From a virus, in the IMG/VR virus record IMGVR_UViG_3300045988_174111, positions 32,001-96,000 of that record: a stretch of DNA of 64,000 nucleotides; one strand, 5' to 3'. A model generated the notes under the pieces. It was not told the origin of the DNA. It was given only the letters and a program-made list of their open reading frames with translations, and searched no databases. A program made the position numbers and the translations under genes. Positions 34,457 to 43,952 of this stretch are shown here, one piece after another (the first letter of the stretch is position 1; each line of letters starts with the position of its first letter).

Positions 34457-36619
34457 TTAATCGCTTATCTCCTCAAAAATAGCTTGAATATATAAATCAT
34501 GGTCACCAACCCAATACTGTGTAGGATTTCGAGAATCCTCTGTCAAATCTGTAACAATATTCCATTTTACAAACGAATATCCTGGATTTGGAGTTGCAAT
34601 CAAGGTAATTTCCGTTCTTGGTAAACAGCTTCCTTCGACCCTTGCTTCACCCCAGCCCTGTTGTACAATTTCAATTTCTACGTGTAAAGGAAGATTCATA
34701 ATTACGTCAACCGTAACGTCTTTATCCAAAGAAACTGACCCCTGTGAAGTAATCCCTTTTGCAGAAATTTCCCAACTAATATTTGAATTCTTTGGCAACT
34801 CAAATCTTACATACCCATTCTTATCAGTTTGAGAAGTGAACCCATTACTTAGTGTTACTTGCGCATTTTCAATAGGCTGGCCATCTAATTCTCTTTTCAC
34901 ATTAAAAGTAAGGAAATAAGAATTTCTTACTACCCAATCGAGCCAAGTATAAGATGCCACATTTTTATAGGAAACCAAATATCTTTTAATGAATTCTTCA
35001 ATATCTGATTTAGTTCTTGAAGAATTTATTTGGGAATACATAGCAATCACATTTTTTTGTCCTAAATACCCCTGAGAAAATGGTAATTTCAATGGTTTTA
35101 AACAAATCCCAGCAATTAAAATATCGCAAGAAACTGAATCCCTATTTTGAACAATATAAGGGGCCATATATTTTACACCCCCCATGAATCTCAATGGCCT
35201 TCCATTCTCGAAATTCAAATACAAATTTTCATCCTTTTCTTCAAGAATATTGTATATAATTCCCCTCAATCGGTAATACACTCCTGGAATTTTACATGGG
35301 CTTTGATAGCGTTCGCCTTCAAAAAAGCTATTTGTTTCGCGCCAATCGGTGATTCTAACCTGATTAATTAACTGTAAATTTGAATCATAACAATGAACAC
35401 CAAATTCTATATTCTGATTTCCAAGATTTAATGCTCGCACCCATACAGTAATTTCGTAATCAAGGCCTGGATAAACTTCCAATACTTTTGTTTTGTCTAT
35501 TTCTGTAGAAATTCCAACTCTTCCATAACCTTTTGGCTGAAAAACATACATTCCATCAACAAACCTGCGCTCAACTGTTCCAATAATCGGGTAGTCAGAA
35601 AGCTTCCCAACACCAGCTGCATTAATTTCAGAATAATCTGTAGGAAGTTCATCTTCTGTGTATATCTTCCAGGGGTATTCCGTTTGAATTTCATTCAATT
35701 CTGGTGCCCCAGTCTTTTTCATTACGATTTCATCGTTCGCAAACTTAATCAAATCCGTTGAAATATTTCCGGAATAATCAGTACCAAAATCCCACCCTTT
35801 CGAAACTTCATTTACAGTTTCAGTGCCATACCAAGTCGGAGAACTCCAGCCTAAACACCAGCCCACACTTTCTGGGGGTAAAACCGCAAAAATAAATTCA
35901 TTTGGTTTTTCATAGCCAACTAATCTCCTAAGTTCGCCTTCTATTTCGCTACCTGTTGCAGCAATTTTATCAGTCCCTCTGTTGTAAAATTCTTGAATCC
36001 AATTCAAAAATAGATATCTTCGCTGGTCAAGTGTTTCAATGTTTTCGTAGACGATTCCCCAATTTTCAATAAATTCTTTCATCAACAAATCGCTGTTTTC
36101 TAACTGCCGATAATTTCTGGAATAAATAACAATAAACGCAAAATAATGCGTTATCGCTAAAAAGAAAGAATTATAGTCATCCTGATTATTACGACTCACA
36201 TACAAAGGCACTATTCCAGGCTCAAAAAGCTTCTCTAAGACATTTATTGCCCATGCTAAAACCTGTGGGTCGTTACTGTCAAAAAATGTCTTAAAAATCG
36301 TTTTATCGTAAATAATTGCTGAAGCCTGTTTTGGGGAATTCCTTTGAAAAACTTTAGGTGCTGAAAATGGCTTTGTCACATAGTCTAAAACTAAATCATC
36401 ACTATCAGTAAGCCTTCCCAATTTTTCCAAACAATTATTTGAAAAAACTTCCCAATTAGAATATGTTCTTCCGCCATCTTTTGAATACCTAAAAAGAGAA
36501 TATTCATTTTCCCTTGCTGCCCTTAAAATAGCAACTAAGCCAGCCAAAGGTATTATCTGAGTATAAATTGTAAACCCACAGCCAATATGAGGAAATTCTT
36601 TTAATTTTATTGAAGCCAT
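34457..36619 (-). CDS. tail fibre / receptor-binding structural protein (720 aa)
   Basis: Large ORF following the baseplate genes. C-terminal Ig-like segments and a repeat with PGYSFVKWNI. Confidence 0.4.
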   Translation of the reverse strand: MASIKLKEFPHIGCGFTIYTQIIPLAGLVAILRAARENEYSLFRYSKDGGRTYSNWEVFSNNCLEKLGRLTDSDDLVLDYVTKPFSAPKVFQRNSPKQASAIIYDKTIFKTFFDSNDPQVLAWAINVLEKLFEPGIVPLYVSRNNQDDYNSFFLAITHYFAFIVIYSRNYRQLENSDLLMKEFIENWGIVYENIETLDQRRYLFLNWIQEFYNRGTDKIAATGSEIEGELRRLVGYEKPNEFIFAVLPPESVGWCLGWSSPTWYGTETVNEVSKGWDFGTDYSGNISTDLIKFANDEIVMKKTGAPELNEIQTEYPWKIYTEDELPTDYSEINAAGVGKLSDYPIIGTVERRFVDGMYVFQPKGYGRVGISTEIDKTKVLEVYPGLDYEITVWVRALNLGNQNIEFGVHCYDSNLQLINQVRITDWRETNSFFEGERYQSPCKIPGVYYRLRGIIYNILEEKDENLYLNFENGRPLRFMGGVKYMAPYIVQNRDSVSCDILIAGICLKPLKLPFSQGYLGQKNVIAMYSQINSSRTKSDIEEFIKRYLVSYKNVASYTWLDWVVRNSYFLTFNVKRELDGQPIENAQVTLSNGFTSQTDKNGYVRFELPKNSNISWEISAKGITSQGSVSLDKDVTVDVIMNLPLHVEIEIVQQGWGEARVEGSCLPRTEITLIATPNPGYSFVKWNIVTDLTEDSRNPTQYWVGDHDLYIQAIFEEISD

Positions 36620-36625
36620 GCTAAG

Positions 36626-37096
36626 TTATTTATTGAGTTTTCTTACAATTAAAAACACTCTAAATCCAATTGAAAACATTCCTGCATAGAAGAAAATCTT
36701 TTCCCACCATCTTAATGGCATTCTTTTAGGAACTTCAACCTTCTTTTCAACCTCAACAGGATAAGGAGTAGGAACTTCCTTAGTAACTTCTTTGTCTCTA
36801 TATACTACTTTCACTGGAATACTGTCTTGCTTATTCTCAATGTTATGTTCGAGAATTCCAGTTTTCCCATGATACGTAGCAGTTGAACGAGCATATTTTG
36901 TTTCAACTGTGCTCGTAGTGTCGGAAGTAGTATTTCCGACACTTTCTTTTTCAATTTGGACCTGAATAATTGTGTCCCGAATAATTTCTGTTGTCGTAAT
37001 AACTTTTTCAACAGGAACATAAACTTTTTTACTACACGAACAAAGCCAAATATTCAGCCCAACAAAAAACGCAATTGCGATTAAAATTTTTCTCAT
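36626..37096 (-). CDS. lipoprotein with a C-terminal transmembrane helix (unimolecular-spanin-like architecture)
   Basis: 156 aa. Signal peptide plus lipobox-like MRKILIAIAFFVGLNIWLCS|C. Extended Thr/Glu/Val-rich middle. C-terminal TM IFFYAGMFSIGFRVFLIV followed by RKLNK. Confidence 0.45.
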   Translation of the reverse strand: MRKILIAIAFFVGLNIWLCSCSKKVYVPVEKVITTTEIIRDTIIQVQIEKESVGNTTSDTTSTVETKYARSTATYHGKTGILEHNIENKQDSIPVKVVYRDKEVTKEVPTPYPVEVEKKVEVPKRMPLRWWEKIFFYAGMFSIGFRVFLIVRKLNK

Positions 37097-37102
37097 AACT
37101 CA

Positions 37103-37561
37103 TCATTCAATTGTTATCCAAACTTGCTGGCCACTGTCAATTGAATTCTTAATAAGTTTCTTGACACGGCTAATCGTATCGAATTGATTCTTCAATTGCT
37201 CTTTTCCAGGAATTCTCTCGCCAACCAAAATACACCCCTCCGTATGTTCAACAGTTGAACCTGCATGAATCAATATTCCTAAGAAATGAGGAACGTTTTC
37301 AAGTGCCGGATATTCCTTTCCAAATTTAGGAGAATACCGATATACAACTTTATAACGTCCGGCAGGAATGCAAGTTTTCCCATAAACTTTTTCCGGACAT
37401 TTACATGTTTCTCCCTTAGAAGTGTATGGGCAAGATTCCGGAAGCTTTCGTCTCGTGTCTTCTAAGGTATCACAAACTTTCAATCCGTCAACATATAAAA
37501 CTCCAATAGTCGCTGTTGAAGTAAATTCCTGGCGCACCAGCTTTAATTCAAAATCTTTCAT
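37103..37561 (-). CDS. putative cell-wall-active enzyme (DUF5675-like; YkuD-type His/Cys motif)
   Basis: 152 aa. IPAGRYKVVYRYSPKFG...VPHFLGILIHAGSTVEHTEGCILVG resembles the H-G-x-Gly/Thr-x-GC catalytic motif of the L,D-transpeptidase fold. Recalled from memory, not searched. Confidence 0.4.
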   Translation of the reverse strand: MKDFELKLVRQEFTSTATIGVLYVDGLKVCDTLEDTRRKLPESCPYTSKGETCKCPEKVYGKTCIPAGRYKVVYRYSPKFGKEYPALENVPHFLGILIHAGSTVEHTEGCILVGERIPGKEQLKNQFDTISRVKKLIKNSIDSGQQVWITIE

Positions 37562-37615
37562 AATTTAAAATTTTTAGATTTGTAAATTTATTTCTTTTTT
37601 AGATAAAAAACAACC

Positions 37616-38788
37616 TTATCCTGCCGGATAGAACAGTGGGGAAAATTCATTTTCTTCATCAAACATTACATTGCCGTCCAAATCTCTCATTATGAATTTC
37701 TTAATTCTTGGAAGCATAAAATCTGGAACCAATTCATCTAAATTCGGCTTGAACCATTCTGAGGCAACATATCTGACGCCTTCCGTGTTTTTTACAATCT
37801 CCAATAAATCATCCCATTCAATTTTTTGTCCAGGTTCCCAAAACCTAAAGTCAAAATACTTTGTCAGCCCAATTTGAATATTTTTCCTTACTGTTGAAAT
37901 ATCATACCCTGCCTCAATTTCACATCTAAAATCTATTCCAGATTCACCTCCCACTTCATACCACGAAGCGTTCTCTAGTTTAATTCCAACTAATTTCCCT
38001 GACACTGCCATATCTCCTATTCCAAAATAGGGGGCAGATTTTTCAAGCAATGTTCTCAATTCGGAAAAAGTAAGTTCCTGTCCATTTTGAGTTGCTAATT
38101 GAATATGAATAAAAGAATCTTCCATAATTCCGATATACATAACTTTTAAAATTCGGTTATCAAAATTTTGGAAAATTTGAGTCAATTTTTCAATTGTCGA
38201 AGAAGCATACACATTTTGATGATTCAAGATTCTTCTACGAAACATTTCATCACTTTCAGAATCTCTTCCACCAATGGCATAATATTCATTCGTACATTCG
38301 TAATGGCCCTGTGGGATAGGGTTAACGTTCACAATGCTATTTGCGTCAACATTCGTAAATGCCCCTAATGATTCACTTCTTACTTTTACGTATCCATAAC
38401 CAGACTCCCCAATCGTTACAGAATTCTCAATAGCAAATCTTACTCCATCAGTACTGACAAAATAATTTTCCCCAGCAATGTATTGAGTTCCAGGTTCTGC
38501 ATACACCCTGATATAAGTAGAAGAACCTAATGCTCCATATCGAGCTGTAACCCCAAACAAAGCTGCTGCTCTATCAAGGTATTCCCCTGCTGCGGTTTCG
38601 GGGAAAATTTGAGCTTCGACAATTGCAACATCTTTAATTGCCTTCTGGGCAACTTTCGCTGACGCATAAGCTACTGCATTCAAGACTGAGTTATCCGTAA
38701 TGTCGGACACCTTATCTGTCTTATTTAAGAAAACCTCAATCCAAAGATTCTTTAAAAAAGAAATCGTATTATTTACTTTTGTTATCAT
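37616..38788 (-). CDS. baseplate J-like wedge protein
   Basis: 390 aa. N-terminal AQIFPETAAGEYLDRAAALFGVTAR resembles the Baseplate_J signature (A.G..LD.....G..R). Position is upstream of the fibres. Confidence 0.55.
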   Translation of the reverse strand: MITKVNNTISFLKNLWIEVFLNKTDKVSDITDNSVLNAVAYASAKVAQKAIKDVAIVEAQIFPETAAGEYLDRAAALFGVTARYGALGSSTYIRVYAEPGTQYIAGENYFVSTDGVRFAIENSVTIGESGYGYVKVRSESLGAFTNVDANSIVNVNPIPQGHYECTNEYYAIGGRDSESDEMFRRRILNHQNVYASSTIEKLTQIFQNFDNRILKVMYIGIMEDSFIHIQLATQNGQELTFSELRTLLEKSAPYFGIGDMAVSGKLVGIKLENASWYEVGGESGIDFRCEIEAGYDISTVRKNIQIGLTKYFDFRFWEPGQKIEWDDLLEIVKNTEGVRYVASEWFKPNLDELVPDFMLPRIKKFIMRDLDGNVMFDEENEFSPLFYPAG

Positions 38789-39705
38789 ATCTGAATATTT
38801 GTTACAATGAAATTATTCGTGACTGTTTTAGCTTGTATTTTCATAAAGATTGAATCTTCTTTTCGATACAAGTCTAAAAGATTTACTTCCACCCAACGAG
38901 CGTCTCTTTGAAACATTCCGACAAGATGCTTGAACAAAGAAGGATACTGAATTGCATTTACAGAACTTCCTATCGCTTCATTTGACAAACCATAATCAGG
39001 AAATTCGGGAATAGAACCTTTCAAAGAATTAATAATAGTATCCAATGCTTGATTAACTGCCGCCTCATATTGCAATACAGCTAAATCGTTATTTTCTATT
39101 CTCAAATTCTTATCAATATCCTTCCCTAAGATTTTCTTTGAATCCAAATTATCAACAATATTCGGAATATTGTAATTACCCGTTGAACGAATATTTATCT
39201 TGAACATTCCCCCACCATTATTTGAATCATAGTCTTCTTCCTCAACAAAATTATTCTTTGCAATATCTACCCAATCATCTTGAGGGTTATTAGAACCTAA
39301 CTGAGACGCAACATTTTCAAATGTTTCCCTAGTTTTCAAAACTCTTTCAAGAACAATATTTGTCGCATACCTTCCAATAATAGCAGAACGAAGCCATCTT
39401 GACGAATTATCAATTGTCCACAGCTTAGTTTGGCAATCTGTAAACATATCAAGCAATTCCCAAAAATCTATTCTTGAAAAATTTGAAGCATGTAAAGAAA
39501 AGAGAGGCTCAATTTCCTTTGAAGATTTTAACAAATCATCAAGCCTTCCAAAAGCGTCTTTAACATCAATATCTTCCTGCCCCGTATAATAAGCCACTAT
39601 CAATGGATAATAGGAATTTGAGAACAGTACGAACGATTCAAAATACGATTTAATGTCGTACCCTGTTTTCTTCTTAAAATTTTCTAAAGCCTCTCTCATA
39701 ACCAC
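38785..39705 (-). CDS. baseplate protein (C-terminal region gp25/GPW-like)
   Basis: 306 aa. 4-nt overlap with the J-like gene. SLKGSIPEFPDYGLSNEAIG...RDARWVEV weakly resembles the gp25-family motif. Confidence 0.3.
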   Translation of the reverse strand: MVMREALENFKKKTGYDIKSYFESFVLFSNSYYPLIVAYYTGQEDIDVKDAFGRLDDLLKSSKEIEPLFSLHASNFSRIDFWELLDMFTDCQTKLWTIDNSSRWLRSAIIGRYATNIVLERVLKTRETFENVASQLGSNNPQDDWVDIAKNNFVEEEDYDSNNGGGMFKINIRSTGNYNIPNIVDNLDSKKILGKDIDKNLRIENNDLAVLQYEAAVNQALDTIINSLKGSIPEFPDYGLSNEAIGSSVNAIQYPSLFKHLVGMFQRDARWVEVNLLDLYRKEDSIFMKIQAKTVTNNFIVTNIQI

Positions 39706-40487
39706 CCCTCCAAAACTGTTTCTGATACAGGTTTCAAAGCACTTGACACTGTAGAAGCAACCTCGCTCACTCCAGTTTGAATCATTGACGGCAATAGTTT
39801 GTCAAGCAATTTACTATTCTTACTCGATACCGCTTCTAAAGGAGCTAAAGCAATCATCGTCAAATTATAGTTCCACACCATATTTTTTGACAAATCCTGA
39901 GAAAATTGAACCCCACTTGGAGGAATGGCAACAAGATAACTTTCCCCCAATGCCATATTGTAGAAATACAAACGAAACGGCTTCCCTTTGTCATCAAGGC
40001 CAACACTTTTATTTGCAATAGCTTGCAAGATTTTTAAAACTCCGTATCCGGTTTTTACATTCAAATTGAAATTAGAAAATGCCAGTCCAGAAATAGAACC
40101 ACTTTTCTTCGAAATATCAAACAAAGTATATTTCCCAGCTTTCACCGATTTATTTGTAGAATTAATATTTACGCTTGGTTTTGGGTCAATCAAAATCTTA
40201 AATTGACGACCAAAATTTCCTTTAATATTAATTTCCTGAGGGGAAAACGAAGGCGTGGACAAAACTGTTACCCCAGCCATAGACTTCTTTATGTTTGTTC
40301 TGGTTGGTTCAGTTTTTGTGATTGAATCCGGCATTATAGGAAACGTCAAATAGTCTATGGTATTGTCAGAACTATCTGCTAATTCTAAGGCAACCATATA
40401 CCATTCAAAATCATTTGGGTATAAACTCGCAAGTGTCTGAGACCCAATTGATTTTGCCATATTCATAACTGTATCTAATGCAGACAT
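39696..40487 (-). CDS. virion structural protein, baseplate module (263 aa)
   Basis: ORF in the baseplate block with its own promoter-like box upstream. No family recognised. Confidence 0.45.
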   Translation of the reverse strand: MSALDTVMNMAKSIGSQTLASLYPNDFEWYMVALELADSSDNTIDYLTFPIMPDSITKTEPTRTNIKKSMAGVTVLSTPSFSPQEINIKGNFGRQFKILIDPKPSVNINSTNKSVKAGKYTLFDISKKSGSISGLAFSNFNLNVKTGYGVLKILQAIANKSVGLDDKGKPFRLYFYNMALGESYLVAIPPSGVQFSQDLSKNMVWNYNLTMIALAPLEAVSSKNSKLLDKLLPSMIQTGVSEVASTVSSALKPVSETVLEGWL

Positions 40488-40505
40488 ATCTTTTACATTT
40501 TTCTA

Positions 40506-40513
40506 CAAATATA
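40506..40513 (-). promoter_or_regulatory. Bacteroidota-type -7 promoter box (TATATTTG)
   Basis: The minus strand reads TATATTTGTAGAA, 18 nt upstream of the ATG at 40487, within the 34-nt gap. Confidence 0.35.
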
Positions 40514-40521
40514 GTAAAAAA

Positions 40522-40743
40522 TTACAATATTTTTCCAGGTCCAGTCGTTGCTCCTGATTGTGCAGTAGCAGAACCCGTCGTAGATACGGGAATTCCAGGC
40601 TGAACTTCACCCGTCTTAACAAATGCATCAATGGCATCAGCCAAACCCTTGGCAAACTTACTGTCATCAATCTCTGTTTCTTGTCTCATCTGTGTTAGTA
40701 GATTCAATATTGAACTTTCTAATACGTCTTTCTGTAAAGCCAT
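40522..40743 (-). CDS. hypothetical protein (73 aa)
   Basis: Small ORF between the spike-like gene and the baseplate genes. Gly/Thr/Ala-rich C-terminus. Confidence 0.45.
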   Translation of the reverse strand: MALQKDVLESSILNLLTQMRQETEIDDSKFAKGLADAIDAFVKTGEVQPGIPVSTTGSATAQSGATTGPGKIL

Positions 40744-40747
40744 AACC

Positions 40748-41788
40748 TTATTTATTAAAAAATTTCTTCAGTAATGAATTTAATTCCTCGGTCTTTGTAA
40801 TTGTAGGCGGTAATGGCGTCCCACTCGGCCCAACAGCGGTCGAAACTGTCAATGTAGCAATTGCGTCAACAATTTTCGTCAAAAGCTCATTTAACCCTGT
40901 TCCACCATTAATAATTGACATCTTTCCTTCACTTATTTCTATGATTGCATCCCCTTGAGATAGTGTAACCTTTTTATCTTCAAACTTCAATGTGCAATCA
41001 AAAATTTTCGTCTCTGCTTTGTTTTCATCAACAGTGTGATTATACTTTGTATCACCCACTTTTGTTTCTGTCACAAACCCTTTCTCCGTTATAGTCGTTT
41101 TTGAGAAGTTTTTATCTTCCCCCTCACCATACGTAGCAAAAACCGCCATTTCTTCTTTATTGACGCTTATTCCCGACTCATTTTCGGTAACAGGGTCTAT
41201 CAGTTTAGCAGTGAGTTCTTTAAAAGCTTCTATTTCTGCCTTTTTACTTGCAGACACTTTTACCAATCCAGAAGAGCCAACTTCAAGAATAGCATTTTCA
41301 TCCCCTAAAGCATTAATCTTAAGAGTTCCAAACTGTTGACCTCTCACATTGATAAAAAGAGTCCCAGCCTTTGCACTCCCTACAATACTCAAAGAGCCTC
41401 TATCCCACTTTCTATTTATACAAAATTCTTCATCGCTTCTCAAAGGAATATCCCCATTAGTAGGGGAAAACGTTCCGACAATCATTGGCTGATTCATATA
41501 GGATTGCGAAATCCACATCACTGGAGTCCCCTTTTCACCAACTTTTCTTGGAAACTTTATATTCTGTAAAGCTTCATTTGAAATGAAACAATTATGTATA
41601 ATATTCCCATCACTATCATCAATAATTGATATCTTATTTTGTCGAAAACATGAATCAACAAACTTATCTCTATCAACTCCTTCAGGAATTAATACATAGC
41701 CAAAGCCCGTTGTTTGCTGAGAAACGCCTCGTTTCTGCAAAGGTGACACCCCTTGCTTTTTAGCCTTTTTTATTCTAATCGTTCCCAT
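40748..41788 (-). CDS. baseplate hub/central spike candidate (346 aa)
   Basis: Position after the tape measure and the large hub-like ORF. The beta-rich C-terminal half has repetitive strands (KVTLSQGDAIIEISEGKMSIINGG). Confidence 0.3.
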   Translation of the reverse strand: MGTIRIKKAKKQGVSPLQKRGVSQQTTGFGYVLIPEGVDRDKFVDSCFRQNKISIIDDSDGNIIHNCFISNEALQNIKFPRKVGEKGTPVMWISQSYMNQPMIVGTFSPTNGDIPLRSDEEFCINRKWDRGSLSIVGSAKAGTLFINVRGQQFGTLKINALGDENAILEVGSSGLVKVSASKKAEIEAFKELTAKLIDPVTENESGISVNKEEMAVFATYGEGEDKNFSKTTITEKGFVTETKVGDTKYNHTVDENKAETKIFDCTLKFEDKKVTLSQGDAIIEISEGKMSIINGGTGLNELLTKIVDAIATLTVSTAVGPSGTPLPPTITKTEELNSLLKKFFNK

Positions 41789-43949
41789 CTTTATACATAT
41801 CTCTTTTTAAAAAGAAATTAAAAACATCAGAATTCACTCCAAATTTAGTGGAAGACTCTGAAATTGTGTCATCTTTAGAATGAGAATCCCTTTTTTTAAT
41901 TTCAGAACGAATTCCTTCAATATTCACAATATTAAAATAGTTATTCTTCGAATCTGTTATGTTCTGCAAAAGCATACCCCTTTCGACAGTAACTGTCGTC
42001 ACACGGTCAATTGCATCATTCGTGAAAGTTATTGTATTATTCACTGCAGTCACATAGAACAATTCCTGAGTAGATTCCAATATAATGAAAGTTCCAACTT
42101 TAATTCTTCTATCCCCATTCAAAGTAATTGTTCCTTTTCGCGTAAACGGAAGATAACAAGAAGTTTCAATAACATACAACAAATCATTAAGTAATGCCTG
42201 AGACATTGTATTAATATTTTTCTCACAATCCTTACCCTTTAAAGATTTCTCAGACAAATAAATATCATTTGTCACACACCTTTTATTTCCAAACCGCTCC
42301 ACAAATTCATTTAAGAAAATAATAGGAACTAAGGCAAGAGAAGAAAATTGAGAACTGCCTGTCAGGGAATTTTGAGGCATAATTCTATACCATCCATATG
42401 CCCTGTTATCATACTCAAGGGAAACTGACAGTAAATCTTTTGGTTCAACCCCAATATACTTTTTATCATCTAAAACAGATTGAATTGCATCCTTAGTAAA
42501 GGGAGGCTGTCTTGCAATAAAATCATATTCGTTCCCCCACGTATCCCCCCAAAATTCGACGAAAGGTTGCTGGCATATCTTATTGAAAAAGTCCATAAGA
42601 GTCCCCTCTGGATTCGTCAATGAACGGTCAACTATTCTTCTATCTGAAAGAAGAGGGTCAACAAGCATCTTCACTATTTTCCAAACCCCTTTTGCATCTT
42701 CACGCTGTGCACAATGGGCAAACAGGCTGTCTGGGGCAATACCAATATTCGACAAATGGTCAATAACAAATGAAGACACTATTTCAATCTGCTGAAATTC
42801 AAATGCAAAATAATAATCATAAGAACCTGATACCATATTCCTCTTAAACCAAGAAGACTCAGGGTCGCCCCCATAAAACCACCTGTCAGGACTCCCTTCA
42901 ACATATTTAAGTGGGATAAAATAGGAGCCATCCTCAACAAGTAACTTCGACAGGTCTCTTCCATTAATTGTAATTGAATAGTCAGTTCCAGAAGAATCTG
43001 CATTTACAAAAACTGAATCAACTAAACCTATCATATCCCATATCAATTTTTCATTCAATTCTGAAGGTTCGATGATATGCGTACTAGATTGAAGCTTCCC
43101 TTGGTCTTCATATTTTTCGGCCTTTAGCTTTTCAAAACGAATAAAAACTATATCATTATATTGTATAAATTTTGAAAACCAATCCCTGTTCAGGCTCCCT
43201 CTCTTATCAGTAATATTAAATTGATTTGCAAAATCTTCCCCAAAAGTCTGTATCTTAAGAGTATCCGTAGGAGAAAGCTCTATTGAGAAAGTTCCAACAT
43301 TCATGTCTTTATTCGTTGAACATGTCACAATCCAAGAACTAATATCATAAATTTTATCAAAAGCATAAGAATATACCCAAACTTTTACATTCAGATTTTT
43401 CATTTGAACGTGGTATTCCTTATCTTCATTTCCAGAACCTAAAGGTGTAGCTCTAGCTCTTCTTCTCGCAGCATAAGAATCATTAATAGGCGTTGCACTA
43501 CTGCTTTCCCCATTATTTGTTGGGGAAAGCCAATCGACATATTCAGGGTCACTAAGTAATTCTTCCTGCTTTTCAGTCCAAAATGCGGAAAAACCACCAT
43601 CTTGTTTTAAGAACAAATCCGAAGCCAATAATTGTTGCAATTCAGCGGTTATTTGGCTATTTGGGACAGCATATCTCGTCCCAACAACAATCACTGGAGG
43701 GTTATTGTTATCTATATCACTCTTATATTTTTCTTTCATTGCAGGGGAGTAATTATCAACAATCGCTTCTGAATTTGTCAAACTTCCATCAGAAAATTTT
43801 AAAAAATCTTCAACAGTTAAATCTTCTTGATATCCCTGATTTTTTAAATCATCTAAAAATTCCTGTATCGTTACAGGCTCACGACTCTCCCCAATCCCTT
43901 TGAACCAATCGGTTGAATAAGGTGGAATTTTATTTTCTTTTTCTGCCAT
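41775..43949 (-). CDS. large virion structural protein, distal tail/baseplate hub candidate (724 aa)
   Basis: Immediately downstream of the tape measure gene (3-nt gap). No motif recognised. Confidence 0.35.
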   Translation of the reverse strand: MAEKENKIPPYSTDWFKGIGESREPVTIQEFLDDLKNQGYQEDLTVEDFLKFSDGSLTNSEAIVDNYSPAMKEKYKSDIDNNNPPVIVVGTRYAVPNSQITAELQQLLASDLFLKQDGGFSAFWTEKQEELLSDPEYVDWLSPTNNGESSSATPINDSYAARRRARATPLGSGNEDKEYHVQMKNLNVKVWVYSYAFDKIYDISSWIVTCSTNKDMNVGTFSIELSPTDTLKIQTFGEDFANQFNITDKRGSLNRDWFSKFIQYNDIVFIRFEKLKAEKYEDQGKLQSSTHIIEPSELNEKLIWDMIGLVDSVFVNADSSGTDYSITINGRDLSKLLVEDGSYFIPLKYVEGSPDRWFYGGDPESSWFKRNMVSGSYDYYFAFEFQQIEIVSSFVIDHLSNIGIAPDSLFAHCAQREDAKGVWKIVKMLVDPLLSDRRIVDRSLTNPEGTLMDFFNKICQQPFVEFWGDTWGNEYDFIARQPPFTKDAIQSVLDDKKYIGVEPKDLLSVSLEYDNRAYGWYRIMPQNSLTGSSQFSSLALVPIIFLNEFVERFGNKRCVTNDIYLSEKSLKGKDCEKNINTMSQALLNDLLYVIETSCYLPFTRKGTITLNGDRRIKVGTFIILESTQELFYVTAVNNTITFTNDAIDRVTTVTVERGMLLQNITDSKNNYFNIVNIEGIRSEIKKRDSHSKDDTISESSTKFGVNSDVFNFFLKRDMYKDGND

Positions 43950-43952
43950 AAT

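Noticed and set aside
37575-37582. A plus-strand TAGATTTG box matching the TAnnTTTG promoter consensus.
   Set aside because: No plausible plus-strand gene lies downstream. It is probably a chance match in AT-rich intergenic DNA, although an antisense transcript cannot be excluded.
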